64,000 bases of DNA. Origin: a virus. Lineage: Duplodnaviria; Caudoviricetes. The stretch spans positions 32,001-96,000 of the IMG/VR virus record IMGVR_UViG_3300021387_001157. One strand, written 5' to 3'. The notes below the pieces were generated by a model, which worked only from the letters and a program-made list of their open reading frames with translations, did no database searches and was not told the origin of the DNA. The translations under genes were made by a program, and so were the position numbers. This document shows positions 39,421 through 49,356 of this stretch, piece by piece (position 1 is the first letter of the stretch; each line of letters opens with the position of its first letter).

Positions 39421-39866
39421 TTTACTGTAAAACCTGATTTCTTTACAAGTTGTATTGCCTGTTCTAGAGCTTCTTTTTTCTTTCTCTCTTCATTCTCTTT
39501 TTTCTTCCTTTCGATTTCGATACCTTGGTCAATACGACTCTTAATCTTCTCGATTCTTTTTTTAGATTCTTCGTCCGATTCTGGTTCAGACCATGAAATC
39601 TCTGTTTCAAATGAAGCTTCCCAGTCTGCACCATTTGGGTTATATTGTTCGTCGTATCCCGTCATCTCAATTGTGACGTAAATATCGTCTGGATGGAATC
39701 CAATGGACTTCAGTTCTTTCTCTTTATTCTCGATTGCTTCCAACAATTCTTTCAAGTCTTCACTCGTTAGAGAGATTGTATTTAAACCGTCACAACAATA
39801 TTTCGGAAGACGACTGCTCTTCCAGACATCTATTTTATCGTCGATATCATATCCTCTGTATTCCAT
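39417..39866 (-). CDS. Hypothetical protein, paralog of 40499-40954
   Basis: MEYRG..IDD and QYNPNGAD...ISW shared. Confidence 0.75.
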   Translation of the reverse strand: MEYRGYDIDDKIDVWKSSRLPKYCCDGLNTISLTSEDLKELLEAIENKEKELKSIGFHPDDIYVTIEMTGYDEQYNPNGADWEASFETEISWSEPESDEESKKRIEKIKSRIDQGIEIERKKKENEERKKKEALEQAIQLVKKSGFTVK

Positions 39867-39899
39867 TTTAACAATCCTTTTAAATATTCAAATTTTTTA

Positions 39900-40502
39900 C
39901 TATTCTACTTTTAATATCCATGTTTCGCCAATCACGTCGTGTCCCTCTTCGATGTCTTTCATTGCATCTTGTGCCCATTTTTTACTAGGGCAGTCGTGCA
40001 GATTGATGTACTTTTCGATTGTTTTCCTGACGTTTGGAAGTTCATTCTTCGATATAACGTTATAGACAACGTATGTTCCGTCATCCTTTTTAAACGCTTG
40101 GAATTTCTTGATACCACCGCTTCTCGTGTAGGTGTATCCGACGACAGCACCTTCGTAGTCATTGTGGTCGATGATTCGGTGGATGTTCATCAGATAAATT
40201 TGGAGGACCATAATGACATCTCCCATATGTTCCTTCCACCGGTTATTGAACTCACCAAGTATGATGGAGTTGGAGATGTTCCCGAGCATACAGTTGAAGT
40301 CGTGAGTCACACATCTGATGATTGCATAATACGGGTTGGTCACATCTGCAATCCCCCAGTAGTTACGGGAAATCTCACCGAACTTTTTCAACACATCCGG
40401 AAGAAACCGATTGTCGAAGTTAATCCAGTAGGGACTCTCCTTCAGTTCGTCGTGTGCTTTCTTGACGTTTTCGAAACGCCGCTTGATTTCTTCGTTTGTC
40501 AT
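39900..40502 (-). CDS. Hypothetical protein, paralog of 38827-39420
   Basis: Shares the motifs listed for the paralog. Confidence 0.75.
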   Translation of the reverse strand: MTNEEIKRRFENVKKAHDELKESPYWINFDNRFLPDVLKKFGEISRNYWGIADVTNPYYAIIRCVTHDFNCMLGNISNSIILGEFNNRWKEHMGDVIMVLQIYLMNIHRIIDHNDYEGAVVGYTYTRSGGIKKFQAFKKDDGTYVVYNVISKNELPNVRKTIEKYINLHDCPSKKWAQDAMKDIEEGHDVIGETWILKVE

Positions 40503-40954
40503 ATTTTCAAATTTTTTACGGTTCCACCATTCTCCTCGATGGTCTTCACTGCTGCTACAAGTGCTTCACGTCTGATTCGTTCAACCCTTGCTTCACTGGC
40601 AATCCGGTCTTCAATGACCATATCGATTCGTTCCTTTTCCCACCGGATTCGTTTCTCCTTTTCCTCTTCATTCTCTTCCTCCATCCAAGAGATGTCGGTG
40701 ATGAATTCGGAGTCTTGGTCTGCACCATTCGGGTTATATTGTGCATCAATACCTAACATCTCTATCTTAACGTCACTGAACCGGACACCTTTCTCCTTGA
40801 GTTCGGATTCTTTCTTTCTGATAATTTCCTTCAACTCATCGAGTTCCTCGATTCCGAGTTCGATTCCATTGGAGTAGTCGTAGGTGAACTTATCCAACCT
40901 CTCGTATCTTTTGACATCTTTTGTGTCATCAATGTGTTGTCCTCTGTATTCCAT
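40499..40954 (-). CDS. Hypothetical protein, paralog of 39417-39866
   Basis: Start MEYRGQHIDD. Confidence 0.75.
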   Translation of the reverse strand: MEYRGQHIDDTKDVKRYERLDKFTYDYSNGIELGIEELDELKEIIRKKESELKEKGVRFSDVKIEMLGIDAQYNPNGADQDSEFITDISWMEEENEEEKEKRIRWEKERIDMVIEDRIASEARVERIRREALVAAVKTIEENGGTVKNLKI

Positions 40955-40958
40955 TTTA

Positions 40959-41630
40959 TTAATTGTTATAACGATTATTACTGATTTTGTTATCAATGAA
41001 CCACTTGGCGGCAGCCTCTGCATCAGACTTGGTGTTCCACTTCATATTGCCATCCTTATCCTTGATGTCTAGCTTACCTATCTTGGCATACCAATGGTTT
41101 CCACCATAGTTCTTGCAACTCTCTGGAAGTCCTAACGCCAAGTAGTCCATCTTCCCCCACTGCATATACCGTACCTCTTCTAGACGGTATTGCTCCTCTA
41201 TGGGAAACTCAAGACTGTCCTTGACAACCTCGTCGACAATCTCATCACCATCAACCATCATGGTTTCAACAACACCGTTGTCAAGATATATTTCACCACT
41301 GTATTTGTGGAAGTCCCTTACCCTGCTGTTGATGGTATCGTTCTCAAGACGTATCGCCGCTTCAATCCAGGAACATCTGAAAATATGCATTATTGGTTCG
41401 ACCGCCTTTGCCCAAGGAGTGATTGGATGTTCCGTGTACACACTGTATCCTTCTGGGTTAGATTTGTCTTTAATCAGATGACTGTTTTCCACATGGTCTC
41501 TTACACCGTCACGAATCTCTGCACCGAATATTTTCTTGAAGTGCTCTACAACCTGCTCCTCAGAATCCGGTTTGAAATACCAGTGACCATCATCTGAACC
41601 TTTTCTTTTTATCTTGACAAATTTGTACAT
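40959..41630 (-). CDS. Hypothetical protein
   Basis: About 223-aa ORF. Confidence 0.7.
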   Translation of the reverse strand: MYKFVKIKRKGSDDGHWYFKPDSEEQVVEHFKKIFGAEIRDGVRDHVENSHLIKDKSNPEGYSVYTEHPITPWAKAVEPIMHIFRCSWIEAAIRLENDTINSRVRDFHKYSGEIYLDNGVVETMMVDGDEIVDEVVKDSLEFPIEEQYRLEEVRYMQWGKMDYLALGLPESCKNYGGNHWYAKIGKLDIKDKDGNMKWNTKSDAEAAAKWFIDNKISNNRYNN

Positions 41631-41634
41631 GGTA

Positions 41635-42243
41635 TCAGATGTTGATTGATTTGACAAACTCTATGTGTTCCTTGCTCATCGGAACTCCGGTGAAGTTCAC
41701 GTTGAGGAAAGCTCTTCTTACTTTCTCGTCCGAACAGTTCTCACGGAGGAAATAGAATGTGAGGCAGTTTCTTCCCTTGAAAAACCTCTGGGCGGGCTTG
41801 CTGAAGTCCTTCCAATAATTGCCGTTGCTGCCTGGGAACTTATTTTCGAAAAAGTCCATGAGGCAGTTAAGTCTCTGTTTTCCGTCACGACTTCTTTTGT
41901 CTTCCTTGATGACGAGACTGTTCATCATACTTATTACATTATGCACAGAAGCGTTAGAAGTACTATCCCAGGGGAGGTCTGACATTATGTTGTCGAGTCC
42001 GGTTCCCATCAGTGAACTGCATCCATTGGTTCTTTTCTCCATCGATATGGTGGCGACCGGACTATTGTCGAGTCCAAGTTTTTCCATCATTCTTAATCCG
42101 AGAAGTTTTCTGACGACAGATTTGCCTGACGAGTTGCTTCCAGTTAAGACGGTTACCTTACCTGGTTCGATAGACTCTGCCACATCGATGATTCGGTCGA
42201 TATGACCGTTAATGTGTTCTGATGATAAATCTGTATAATCCAT
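41635..42243 (-). pseudogene. Probable chimera: P-loop ATPase N-terminus fused to a DUF262-like C-terminus
   Basis: Walker A LTGSNSSGKS without a Walker B; then DGKQRL...FLNVNFTGVPM. Confidence 0.5.
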
Positions 42244-42244
42244 T

Positions 42245-42883
42245 TTATATATATTTTTCAGTTAGTTTTCTTTCTGTTATATGTCTTTCTCCGGACATGA
42301 GATACTCAATTTGGTTTTCGAAAACCATATCTTTCCTGACAAATGTGGTAAGAACTCTGTATTCTTTCTCTCGTGTTCCAAATCCAACTCCGTCATCCAT
42401 ACTCCAGAATATACTGTTCTCGTGGTTAGGACACTGATAGTTAATACTGGAAAGTATTCTGTTCTTAGTGAAGAAATTGGTTATCAGACTTATACGGTTA
42501 TCAGACTCACACTGTCCAAGTCTTTCCATATATCTGTCAAAAAAGTGTGGGGTGATGAACAAGAATTTGTCACCTTTATTGTAGAGTGAGCAGACCCATA
42601 CTCTGTTGTTTCTTCTAAATGTTGAAAAGGTGAGAGTTTTTAATCCATTCTTCAAATAGTCACGCTTTCCGTATGTGGAGATTATCAGATGATACTCAAT
42701 ACCAGAGTTCTTGCTTGTGAAATCAACCCTGTTGAAATAACGAAGGTTGTCATCTGTCATTCTAAGGCAAGCCTTTCTGTACTTAGAATCCGAAATAACA
42801 GAGATAATCTTTCTATGAACATAGTCCATTTCTGAAATAATCAGATTCTTGATTTCATTGAGTGTCATTGTGTCTACATACAT
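42245..42883 (-). CDS. Hypothetical protein
   Basis: TPHFFDRY.ER motif. Confidence 0.7.
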   Translation of the reverse strand: MYVDTMTLNEIKNLIISEMDYVHRKIISVISDSKYRKACLRMTDDNLRYFNRVDFTSKNSGIEYHLIISTYGKRDYLKNGLKTLTFSTFRRNNRVWVCSLYNKGDKFLFITPHFFDRYMERLGQCESDNRISLITNFFTKNRILSSINYQCPNHENSIFWSMDDGVGFGTREKEYRVLTTFVRKDMVFENQIEYLMSGERHITERKLTEKYI

Positions 42884-42895
42884 GGCTCATGAAAT

Positions 42896-43375
42896 TTAAA
42901 GTTTGACAATACTTTTCACGACCCTTGACAAGTAGTCGTAGTGGAGGAACATATATAAACTAGGCTCTACCGGTTTGCCTCCGTCATACTGAATTTCGTA
43001 GAATGTCTTGTATCCTTCTTCAGTATTCTTTATTGAAAAGACCGAGAACATATGGTCACTGAGAAGTGAAAGTGTCTTTGCTTTCCTCAGGGCGGCTTCA
43101 TAATCGTCCGTGAGATAAAGCGTGTCCATTAATGACTCAGACAGCACACAGAATTTATAGTTGGGGTTGACACTCTCCCTTCCTATAGTCATCATAAGTT
43201 CGTCATGGTTGGTCACATTATAGTCTGGACGTGAGACTATGTTTTTAAGAACATTTATTTTTTTAGATACATCATCTGTTTCTAAATTCACACTCTTAAA
43301 AAACTCTATAAATGATTCAAGGGAAGTTGCTGCCCATTGAATAGTGTCAATTTCTTCTTTTCCAATTATTTTCAT
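42896..43375 (-). CDS. Hypothetical early protein
   Basis: First gene after promoter-repeat copy 2. Confidence 0.7.
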   Translation of the reverse strand: MKIIGKEEIDTIQWAATSLESFIEFFKSVNLETDDVSKKINVLKNIVSRPDYNVTNHDELMMTIGRESVNPNYKFCVLSESLMDTLYLTDDYEAALRKAKTLSLLSDHMFSVFSIKNTEEGYKTFYEIQYDGGKPVEPSLYMFLHYDYLSRVVKSIVKL

Positions 43376-43391
43376 TTTGTTTCCTTTTTAA

Positions 43392-43532
43392 TTTCTGATG
43401 CAAAGATACGAACTTTTTTTGAATTACCAAACTTTTTTTTCAAAAAAATTTAATTTTTTTCGTAACTGCTTAGTTTAGTGAAAGTAAAAAATGATTTTTT
43501 TTTCAATCACTATATAAAATCCTTTGCAAAAT
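43392..43532 (-). promoter_or_regulatory. Dispersed promoter repeat, copy 2
   Basis: tttctgatgcaaagatacgaactttttttgaattaccaaac...cgtaactgctt. Confidence 0.85.
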
Positions 43533-43650
43533 AATAAAAAAGAAACCTGTTTTTAAAAAAAATAGACACCTTTAAAAAGAATCAGACAACTCGTCTCAGT
43601 AAGAGGGAGTTATCTGATTTTCGAAAAAAAGGAAAACAAGTATGTAGACA

Positions 43651-43842
43651 TCAACCTACGTTTTCAAGTATATATTGTATCAGTATTTCTTTCGGAATTT
43701 GGTCAAGCATTTCCCTTGCTTTCTTTTTGTTTGCTTCAATGTCTTCAGTTGGGAGACGTTGAAGCATGATAGCAGAACCATTTTCCACAACTTTATTTTC
43801 TTTTCTATATAGAGATACTGCTTCTTTTATCTTTTCTTTCAT
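43651..43842 (-). CDS. Hypothetical protein
   Basis: 63-aa ORF. Confidence 0.55.
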   Translation of the reverse strand: MKEKIKEAVSLYRKENKVVENGSAIMLQRLPTEDIEANKKKAREMLDQIPKEILIQYILENVG

Positions 43843-43846
43843 TTAC

Positions 43847-44383
43847 TTATGTTTTTTCGAGTGTATCCAAATCTAGGTTTTCGAAAATCTTCATGAATTT
43901 TTCAAACTCGGGATTTCTCCAAGCGTTCATACAGTATGCTCTTGGTCTTGAATAATGGTAATAGTTTAACTTGATATGTTGTTCGGCTGCTCGTTTAGTC
44001 AGGAAGCAACCTGTCTTGTCTGATAGTTTTTCATAAGATTCGTACTCGTGGGTATCGACGATTCTATTTAGGTACTGTCGTGCAAATCCGAGTACATCCT
44101 CTTCGAATACTTTATTGATGTGTTTCCACTTGATACATATGTCGGATGTTTGGTCTGGTAGGAGATTCTCTTCGATGTATTCGACATAATCCTCAATTGA
44201 GTCGAAAACCTTGTTATCTTGTGTCGAATCTATAATCTTGACAAAATCCCCATAACCTTCTTCGGTGAGTCGCTCCCCCGATTCCATTATTCCCCAGAAT
44301 CGGGGGGTGGCAGTACCTTCTGTGTCTTGTTCTCTGAGTTCCTTCTGTAGGGTTTTCAGAAACTCAAGCTCTTCTTTTGTCAT
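43847..44383 (-). CDS. Conserved phage hypothetical protein
   Basis: EL..QD...TA.PRFW, FLT..AA..HI..N.YHY, AWRNPE. Confidence 0.7.
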   Translation of the reverse strand: MTKEELEFLKTLQKELREQDTEGTATPRFWGIMESGERLTEEGYGDFVKIIDSTQDNKVFDSIEDYVEYIEENLLPDQTSDICIKWKHINKVFEEDVLGFARQYLNRIVDTHEYESYEKLSDKTGCFLTKRAAEQHIKLNYYHYSRPRAYCMNAWRNPEFEKFMKIFENLDLDTLEKT

Positions 44384-44385
44384 AA

Positions 44386-45492
44386 TCAACCTCCGAAATA
44401 TGAAGACTTGGGTGTTTCTCCTGATGTGGAGTCTGGAATAGGTTCTGGAGTTGCAATCTCAGAAAACTCTATCGTCTCGGTTTGAATACCGGAACCAATT
44501 GCCTTATGAGAGAAACTGATGTTACCGGTATCTTCAACGGGTTTGTCAAAGATTCCAAACCCATTCTTCTCAAACTCAGCCATTATTTCATTTGCCTTGT
44601 CCAAGTTGATGTCGGAGTTGATTTCAAAATTTGTAAGGATGTCGTTACTTCCGTCGATGAGTCTGTTGATTTCGGCAATTGACTGATTGATGGTATCGTT
44701 CACAGTCTTCATGGCGAGTTCCTGTTCCATAGAGGAAGTAAGAATACCGTGCATGATGGAGTTGATGTTTTTCATTGCCGTGCTCTGGGCGACTGCCTGC
44801 TCATACTCCTCTACTCTGAAGTCATGTTCGTTCTGAGCATCTTGCACTTTATATCCAACAGCAATTTGGAGTTTCTGCATCACTTTCAGATATTTCTCCG
44901 AAGTCTGTATTCTTGCACGTTGGTTCTCGATTTGCTTCTTTCCTCGAACAATCTCGTTGGAAGTTAATTGGAGTTGAGCCATGAGTTTTGTTCTCTCACT
45001 CTGGTCGGTAGTGTTCCTGAGTTTGTTTTCAATGGCGGTTTTCTTACGGACGTTGTTTTCGAAATTCTCCTCATATTCTTTCAACTTCCGTTTCATTCTT
45101 ACAAGGATGCTGCCGAGATTCGTCACATTCTTGTCGATGATTTGGAGTTTCTCCCTCATCTCTCGGATACCGTTTTCAAGGATGGCGATTGGGTCAATAT
45201 TGACGACCAGTCCGTAGGCTTTTCTCATCAGTTGTAACCACAACAGACTGATAAGTCTCCGAGTTTTCTTGTTGGTCACGATATAGACGATGGCGGCAAG
45301 GGCGGCAAGTTCGGCGACGAACAATAGTAGATTTGCTGTCGCTGCCACGAGGAACGGGAGTGCAAACTTGAAGAATGCATATCCGATTCCTAGTATGGCC
45401 AAGATACCGGTCAGTTTTGCAAACCCACCACCGGGTCTTTTCCACAATTCTTTGAATTTGTCTTTTGGTTGAATGGCTACATTGTTGTCCAT
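44386..45492 (-). CDS. Membrane-anchored PspA/IM30-like coiled-coil protein
   Basis: Two N-terminal TMs, then IDPIAILENGIREMREKL (cf. PspA EDP..L...I.DM) and a long coiled coil. Confidence 0.6.
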   Translation of the reverse strand: MDNNVAIQPKDKFKELWKRPGGGFAKLTGILAILGIGYAFFKFALPFLVAATANLLLFVAELAALAAIVYIVTNKKTRRLISLLWLQLMRKAYGLVVNIDPIAILENGIREMREKLQIIDKNVTNLGSILVRMKRKLKEYEENFENNVRKKTAIENKLRNTTDQSERTKLMAQLQLTSNEIVRGKKQIENQRARIQTSEKYLKVMQKLQIAVGYKVQDAQNEHDFRVEEYEQAVAQSTAMKNINSIMHGILTSSMEQELAMKTVNDTINQSIAEINRLIDGSNDILTNFEINSDINLDKANEIMAEFEKNGFGIFDKPVEDTGNISFSHKAIGSGIQTETIEFSEIATPEPIPDSTSGETPKSSYFGG

Positions 45493-45512
45493 ATTTTTTC
45501 CTTTCTTGTTGA

Positions 45513-46196
45513 TTAGATTGTTAATGATTCTATTTTTTGACGGTCGGTGTTCAGAACATCCAATACAGACTGGATGGAGGCGTTGAACATCATTCGGTTG
45601 TTGTTGATTTCAACCTTTGCTGCTTGCATTGCCATATTCTTCTCACCGATTTGTTCCATGAGGGCATCATATTCTGCCTTCATCTGCTGGGCACGGGTTT
45701 GCATCTCTGTTATTTCTGTCTCCACACTGGAAACTTTTTCGTGCTCCAATTTGTCCAACTCACCGAGTCCTGTCTGTTTCTCGGTCTCCACCACACCAAG
45801 GTAGAAGTCGATTGCCTGAAGAATGGCGTTCTTATCGAAGTTCGGGTATTGTCCTTTCAACACATTGAAGGCTGCTGAAATCTTCTGCTCCAAGGTGATT
45901 GGGAGACTGTCTAAACTTTGCAGGGTCGTCTTGAGTTCGAGATAGTCGGGACCTGGCCGGTTCTGAGCGACGATTGCATTCCAAATTCGGTCAATGATGT
46001 TCTTGTCTGCCACTGCTGTCGGGGAACTGGTACTCTGTTCGATTGTCGATGTAGGGGCGAATGACGATGAGATTGAACCCATTGAACTAACAGGAATCTG
46101 AGTGCCTACATTTGTAGTGTCTTGGACAACCTCTTTCGAAACTTGTGGGTCTTCCTTGATGAGAGCTCTTTTGATTTTTTCTCCTATTGATGCCAT
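45513..46196 (-). CDS. Soluble helical/coiled-coil protein, likely partner of the PspA-like protein
   Basis: N.PGPDYLE motif, C-terminal coiled coil; directly upstream. Confidence 0.65.
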   Translation of the reverse strand: MASIGEKIKRALIKEDPQVSKEVVQDTTNVGTQIPVSSMGSISSSFAPTSTIEQSTSSPTAVADKNIIDRIWNAIVAQNRPGPDYLELKTTLQSLDSLPITLEQKISAAFNVLKGQYPNFDKNAILQAIDFYLGVVETEKQTGLGELDKLEHEKVSSVETEITEMQTRAQQMKAEYDALMEQIGEKNMAMQAAKVEINNNRMMFNASIQSVLDVLNTDRQKIESLTI

Positions 46197-46226
46197 TTTA
46201 CTTTCTTTTTTTAATTGTTAGACAAG

Positions 46227-46889
46227 TTAGAAAGCGAGTCGTGCAACGAGCCAAGGTTGGAAGTTCCAATTCCCGTCTCCATGTAAGGATAACTTGGGGT
46301 CGTTACCATTGACGTTGAAGAGCATAAGGTTCACACCAACATGTACCATCGGAGTAATTTTGTAATACACCTTCTGCTCGGTACAAAGGTTGAATGAATC
46401 GAGTCCCCACGTGTCGAGATAACCCTCATAGTAGAACTTTTCGAAATCTGCACTGCTATTGATACTGAACTGCCAGTTGCTTCCACTGCCGAAATCGTAT
46501 CGGTACATTGGAGTTAGGTTGAAACAGAAGTTACCCAACAGAAGTTCGTATGCAAAACCGGCGTTAATCATATTGTGGTCGGGCCAGTACATGGCGGTAG
46601 GTACCTTGAAGTAGGGAAAATCTGATGTCCGGAATCTGGTCTCCAAATGTCCGAGGATGTGGGAACCGGCGATTCTGTATTCTCCGTAGAGGATGCCGTA
46701 ACCCACGGCCTGGTTGTTGGTCACTGTGAACTCATTGTACGAATACACGTTGAAGTTGCTGTCTGACTTGAAAAAGTCGGCGACGAACTTCTGATTTCCG
46801 TCATAGGACTGATGCCACTGAATACTTTGAGCATTTGCTGCTGCTGCCATCACAAATACGGCGATGATTGTGAAAAGAACTTTCTTCAT
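46227..46889 (-). CDS. Outer-membrane beta-barrel, DUF5020/Tsx-like
   Basis: Signal peptide ...ANA-Q, amphipathic aromatic beta strands, C-terminal Phe (WLVARLAF). Confidence 0.6.
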   Translation of the reverse strand: MKKVLFTIIAVFVMAAAANAQSIQWHQSYDGNQKFVADFFKSDSNFNVYSYNEFTVTNNQAVGYGILYGEYRIAGSHILGHLETRFRTSDFPYFKVPTAMYWPDHNMINAGFAYELLLGNFCFNLTPMYRYDFGSGSNWQFSINSSADFEKFYYEGYLDTWGLDSFNLCTEQKVYYKITPMVHVGVNLMLFNVNGNDPKLSLHGDGNWNFQPWLVARLAF

Positions 46890-46910
46890 TTTTTGTGTTT
46901 TTAAATGTTT

Positions 46911-47189
46911 TTATTTGTTGTTTAAGATTTCGTAGTTGTACAGAGGCATAATTTCTCCATCATATAGTTCCCATTCGTTTGTCACGTCTTTAAAGGAGAA
47001 GAATTGTTCGTAGTATTCCACACGTGTGCTTGGAAACCGAATTCCCCTTTCTGTGTCATTTGACGTTTCCACGATATACTTCTTTTCCGAGTCGTCTTCT
47101 TCGAGTTCTATGAAGTAGGATTTGTGCCACAAGACTGACCGGACACGCTTGCCTTCCAAGAGACATTTTATTGCTTCTGTGAAATTCAT
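46911..47189 (-). CDS. DUF2829/Tad2-like small protein
   Basis: MNF.EAI..L.EGKRVR..W at the N-terminus; D...EWE at the C-terminus. Confidence 0.4.
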   Translation of the reverse strand: MNFTEAIKCLLEGKRVRSVLWHKSYFIELEEDDSEKKYIVETSNDTERGIRFPSTRVEYYEQFFSFKDVTNEWELYDGEIMPLYNYEILNNK

Positions 47190-47298
47190 ATTGCTTTTTG
47201 GTTTTGGGTTTTTACAAGAATCTATGGTTCATCTTTTCCTTAAACTTTTTAATTTTCGAAAGAGTTGCTGTGTGATTCTTTACACTACCCATTGTTTC

Positions 47299-47550
47299 TT
47301 ATCCGATGTTATCGACTTCGATTTCTTCTTCCCTCACGAAAGTCACACTTTGACTCTTCACCCAGAGTGGGGCGTCGACATCTTGCTGCAGGTGGTGTCC
47401 GTCCCATTGGAGACAATTGTCGAAAGGGAGACCAGGAAGATGGTTGTCAAGCGGGATGATGCAAGGTGTTCCTTGTACGATGATGAGCTGACCCTCTATC
47501 CATTCGTTATTCCAACGCTGTGCTTTGAATATTTGAACCTTTATTTTCAT
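47299..47550 (-). CDS. Hypothetical protein (YopX-like N-terminus)
   Basis: FKAQR...EWIEG.L. Confidence 0.55.
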   Translation of the reverse strand: MKIKVQIFKAQRWNNEWIEGQLIIVQGTPCIIPLDNHLPGLPFDNCLQWDGHHLQQDVDAPLWVKSQSVTFVREEEIEVDNIG

Positions 47551-47654
47551 TTGTATTTCCTTTCGTTTAAAAGATACTATTATTTTTCGAAACTCTAAAA
47601 AAATTATTTTTTTTCTTCGATTTTCTCAATTTTTATTTTTCATATCTAAAATTT

Positions 47655-48875
47655 TTATAAGTTTGGCAATTCGGACACTTTACGGATAAGAATTCTGAAA
47701 TATGGACATTTTCCATTTATTGACAAGTCCTTATCATCATTACCTTTACGGAATTTGATTATCTCAAATTGGTTTGGGTTATAGTGTTCCAGATATGTGA
47801 TGGGAACGCCGATAACACCGTCATAATCGGCCGGAATGTTCTTTACCGAACCAGCGTCTATTGCTTTGTAGTTGTCATAAGTTGGGTAGTCATCTGGGTT
47901 GTATTTCTTATACAATGGAATCTTTTCGATTCTCTTTTCGTGTTCAAGGTTTGTGTACCAAACAATGTTTCCGAATCTTTGGTAAACAACACCATCTTCA
48001 ATAAACTGGTTTTTATTGTTTTCATCAATATCCTCGACAGGTATTCTGAATATTGAAGGTCTTGAAAAACCCAACCAAACCTTGTTGTCCTTTATCAGTG
48101 GAAAAAACTCCTTGTATGTGATAGCGTTCTCTGGACCGATTACAATGAACTTCTTACCCATCGTGATAAGTTGTTCAATGAAGTCACGGAAGCGGCTGAA
48201 CGGAGGGTTTGTAATAACAATGTCACACTCTTTCATAATCTCACGACACTCACGACTGTCGAATGAACCGTTACCCTTCAATGGGTAAAAGTCAATCTCA
48301 CTTTCGTCGATGAATCTGTTATCCTCATACTCACCGTTGTACTCCCATTTGTAACCACATTTCTCCAAGTCCCATTCGGCCTTGTAACCGACACCGTGTG
48401 GGTTGTATTGTGTGAAGATGACCTTTTTCAAACCAAGTGTGTGGAACAACTTAGTGAAATAATTTACGAACTCACTACGCCCTTCGTTGCAAACCTTGTC
48501 ACAAGGACAATATACTATTTTTCCTTTGAAGAATTTTTTGTAATGATTCATTTCTTTCGAAATGTCATCCATTGTAGTGTAGAAGTCATCATTCTTCTCC
48601 CTTTTGGCCTTTGCCATATTTTTGTTATTCTTTTTTGTCTTTTTTGTCTTTCTTGTTTTTGTTGTATCAACATCATCTTCAAAAAGCGGTTCGAATGCAA
48701 CTTCCTTCGATGTTGAGTAAGGAACAAACGAATTTTTCTTCAGATACTTTGCAGAAAAACCTGGACAGTTACGTAGAGCCCAGTGCCCTGTGGTTTCGTT
48801 GAAGAAAAGTTCACACCCATCTGGTACGCTGATTTTAGGTCTTATATTTTTGTCTGTCTGAAAATTTTTTTCCAT
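47655..48875 (-). CDS. Adenine-specific DNA methyltransferase, EcoRI family
   Basis: KNDDFYT, VYCPCD, GNGSFDS, DIVITNPPFS, GVPIT; about 86-aa N-terminal extension. Confidence 0.9.
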   Translation of the reverse strand: MEKNFQTDKNIRPKISVPDGCELFFNETTGHWALRNCPGFSAKYLKKNSFVPYSTSKEVAFEPLFEDDVDTTKTRKTKKTKKNNKNMAKAKREKNDDFYTTMDDISKEMNHYKKFFKGKIVYCPCDKVCNEGRSEFVNYFTKLFHTLGLKKVIFTQYNPHGVGYKAEWDLEKCGYKWEYNGEYEDNRFIDESEIDFYPLKGNGSFDSRECREIMKECDIVITNPPFSRFRDFIEQLITMGKKFIVIGPENAITYKEFFPLIKDNKVWLGFSRPSIFRIPVEDIDENNKNQFIEDGVVYQRFGNIVWYTNLEHEKRIEKIPLYKKYNPDDYPTYDNYKAIDAGSVKNIPADYDGVIGVPITYLEHYNPNQFEIIKFRKGNDDKDLSINGKCPYFRILIRKVSELPNL

Positions 48876-49112
48876 ATATTATATTTTAATGTTTATATTT
48901 AAAAGATACTATTTTTATTTTACTTTTTTTTTTGAATTTTATGAAACTCCATCCCGCCTCAATAAATCCTTCTATGAATTTGAGTAGTCCAGTGTCTGAA
49001 TGCCCGTTGAGTGCATCACGGACATAGCACCTGATAAAAAACTCTTTACTCATTCTTTTACTTTTTTAGGTTTTAGAGTTTGTCGATGGTTTCTTCCTTG
49101 GTCTCGAATCCC

Positions 49113-49337
49113 TCATACCAATTTATTTCCATATTCATCTTCTTCATCTTTAATGAAGAAAGTATAAGAAGTATCTTCTTGTTCATCAAGAACTAAATCT
49201 TTCAATTCACATTCAGTTATTTTAACTTCTTGTATATTTTCATAAGATGAAAGATAACTGGAATGATAAACTCTCATCATTATCTGCTTACCTTTTTGTT
49301 CGGCTTGATAAAGCTCTATTAATCTGCCTAAAACCAT
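49113..49337 (-). CDS. Hypothetical protein
   Basis: 74-aa ORF. Confidence 0.55.
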   Translation of the reverse strand: MVLGRLIELYQAEQKGKQIMMRVYHSSYLSSYENIQEVKITECELKDLVLDEQEDTSYTFFIKDEEDEYGNKLV

Positions 49338-49356
49338 ATCCTTATTTTTAATATAA

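Noticed and set aside
39939-40877. 312-aa plus-strand ORF and the many other short antisense ORFs
   Set aside because: Shadows of well-supported minus-strand genes.
47655-48875. Complete EcoRI-like restriction-modification system
   Set aside because: No adjacent endonuclease; treated as an orphan MTase.
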